Source of the DNA: a virus
IMG/VR virus record: IMGVR_UViG_3300022213_000237
Span: 96,001-160,000 of that record
Length of the DNA: 64,000 nt
Direction: 5' to 3' (one strand)
Positions 63,127-64,000 of this stretch are shown here, one piece after another. Made by a program: the position numbers and the translations under genes. How positions within the stretch are numbered: position 1 is the stretch's first letter; each line of letters begins with the position of its first letter. The notes below the pieces were generated by a model. That model was given only the letters and a program-made list of their open reading frames with translations, ran no database searches and was not told where the DNA came from.

Positions 63127-64000
63127 ATGGCCGCAGGACTAATTGAAAAGCTAGACGAGCTGCGCAAAGCTTTGGAAGCGGGTAACTTCAACGCCCGTCC
63201 TTCGAGCCTTGTTCAGGGCTCCGCAATGCAAGTGGAAGACATTTCGCCAGTGATGGTTAATGTCACCTACAATGACAAAACTCTTAAACTCCAGAAGAAA
63301 CTGGGAGTGAAGCCCGCGAAGGGAACCTTCATCCAGTTCCTACGACGTTTGTCGTACGGTACCTGGGGCGGATCCGCTCAGCTCGAAGGAGCAGTTGGTA
63401 ATGAGCAGACCGGTGATTACGTACGTGCCGGTATTCCGATGGCGTACTACTCGGAAGTTCGTCGCGTCACCCACGTGGCATCGCTCGTCAAGACTGTTAC
63501 TGGCGAAGATCCGAAAGAGCTGGAAGCGGAAGCCGCTGCTCTTCGTCTCGCTGGCGACATCGAGTTCGACTGTTTCCGTGGCAAGGCCGACTTCACCAAC
63601 GCAGGCGTGTTCGATGGTAACCCCAACGTCATCCCCGCGCTCGCGAACATGATTGGTCTCGAAGTTCAGATCCGTCAGTCCGATCTGCAGAGCAACACCC
63701 AGGACCTGATGTTCGAAGCCTACGGCTCGGGCCTCTCGGTCGTCATCAATGGTGGCTCGACGCTGTCGAAGAGCAACATCGAAGACGCTCATGTTCGTAG
63801 CCAGATGAACCACGGCACTGCGGACAAGCTCTTTGTCGACCCTCTCGTTCTGTCCGCACATAACAAAATTATGTGGAACAACGAGCGCGTGGTTCTCGGC
63901 GCTTCCGCCCAGGATGCGACCGGTCAAGACCTTCGTCGCCAGTTTGTTTCCGGCGGTATGGTCGAAATCGAAGCTTCCCGTTTCCTCTCGGGCAAGTTCA
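63127..64000 (+). CDS. Major capsid protein (3' truncated; not in ORF track)
   Basis: AAGGAG RBS; MAAGLIEKLDELRKALEAGNFNARPSSLVQGSAMQVEDIS..LAGDIEFDCFRG; pattern like SPO1/Twort-type capsid proteins; open to the window end. Confidence 0.9.
   Translation, partial: MAAGLIEKLDELRKALEAGNFNARPSSLVQGSAMQVEDISPVMVNVTYNDKTLKLQKKLGVKPAKGTFIQFLRRLSYGTWGGSAQLEGAVGNEQTGDYVRAGIPMAYYSEVRRVTHVASLVKTVTGEDPKELEAEAAALRLAGDIEFDCFRGKADFTNAGVFDGNPNVIPALANMIGLEVQIRQSDLQSNTQDLMFEAYGSGLSVVINGGSTLSKSNIEDAHVRSQMNHGTADKLFVDPLVLSAHNKIMWNNERVVLGASAQDATGQDLRRQFVSGGMVEIEASRFLSGKF

Noticed and set aside
63340-63927. 195-aa minus-strand ORF
   Set aside because: Antisense to the major capsid gene.
1-64000. tRNA, CRISPR array, diversity-generating retroelement, stop-codon recoding
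   Set aside because: No cloverleaf, repeat-spacer array or reverse transcriptase was seen by eye, and genes are full length in the standard code. tRNAscan-SE/Infernal would be needed to exclude RNAs firmly.

Overview
A 64-kb segment of a large tailed dsDNA phage genome (myovirus-like; the capsid resembles SPO1/Twort-type major capsid proteins; host unknown, probably Gram-negative). It has three blocks. (1) 1-7.0 kb, + strand: end of a tail/baseplate/lysis module (baseplate protein with an inserted Kelch propeller, tube-like protein, Gly-rich fibre, GH108 endolysin). (2) 7.0-40.0 kb, mostly - strand: replication and auxiliary genes (peptide deformylase, PLP aminotransferase, ATP ligase, ClpP, DnaB-like helicase, primase, RecA/UvsX, SSB, split DnaE, class II RNR, RuvC, SbcC, GroEL). 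(3) After an AT-rich palindromic divergence point at 40.1-40.4 kb, a + strand block: wHTH protein, SF2 helicase, sigma factor, GroES, SbcD, terminase, portal, MuF, protease polyprotein, GGDEF protein, scaffold and the start of the major capsid gene. There are five inteins, including a split intein in DnaE flanking a free-standing HNH gene and a Pro-starting class 3 intein in GroEL. The most notable candidate system is in the head module. The prohead protease is a ~1360-aa polyprotein carrying a copy of the capsid N-terminal arm, an HhH-GPD-like domain and a HipA/PI3-4K-like kinase. Its domains are separated by the same [LFM]-x-K-[AS] motif found in the capsid, scaffold, portal and an adjacent I-site-less GGDEF protein, which suggests protease-released enzyme cargo delivered by the virion. 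A second candidate system is a transcription cascade: two sigma-like proteins, a stand-alone sigma region-4 protein, and two recurrent promoter-like motifs (AGATC-N6/7-TA and AATCT). All calls come from reading motifs by eye; no database searches were run.
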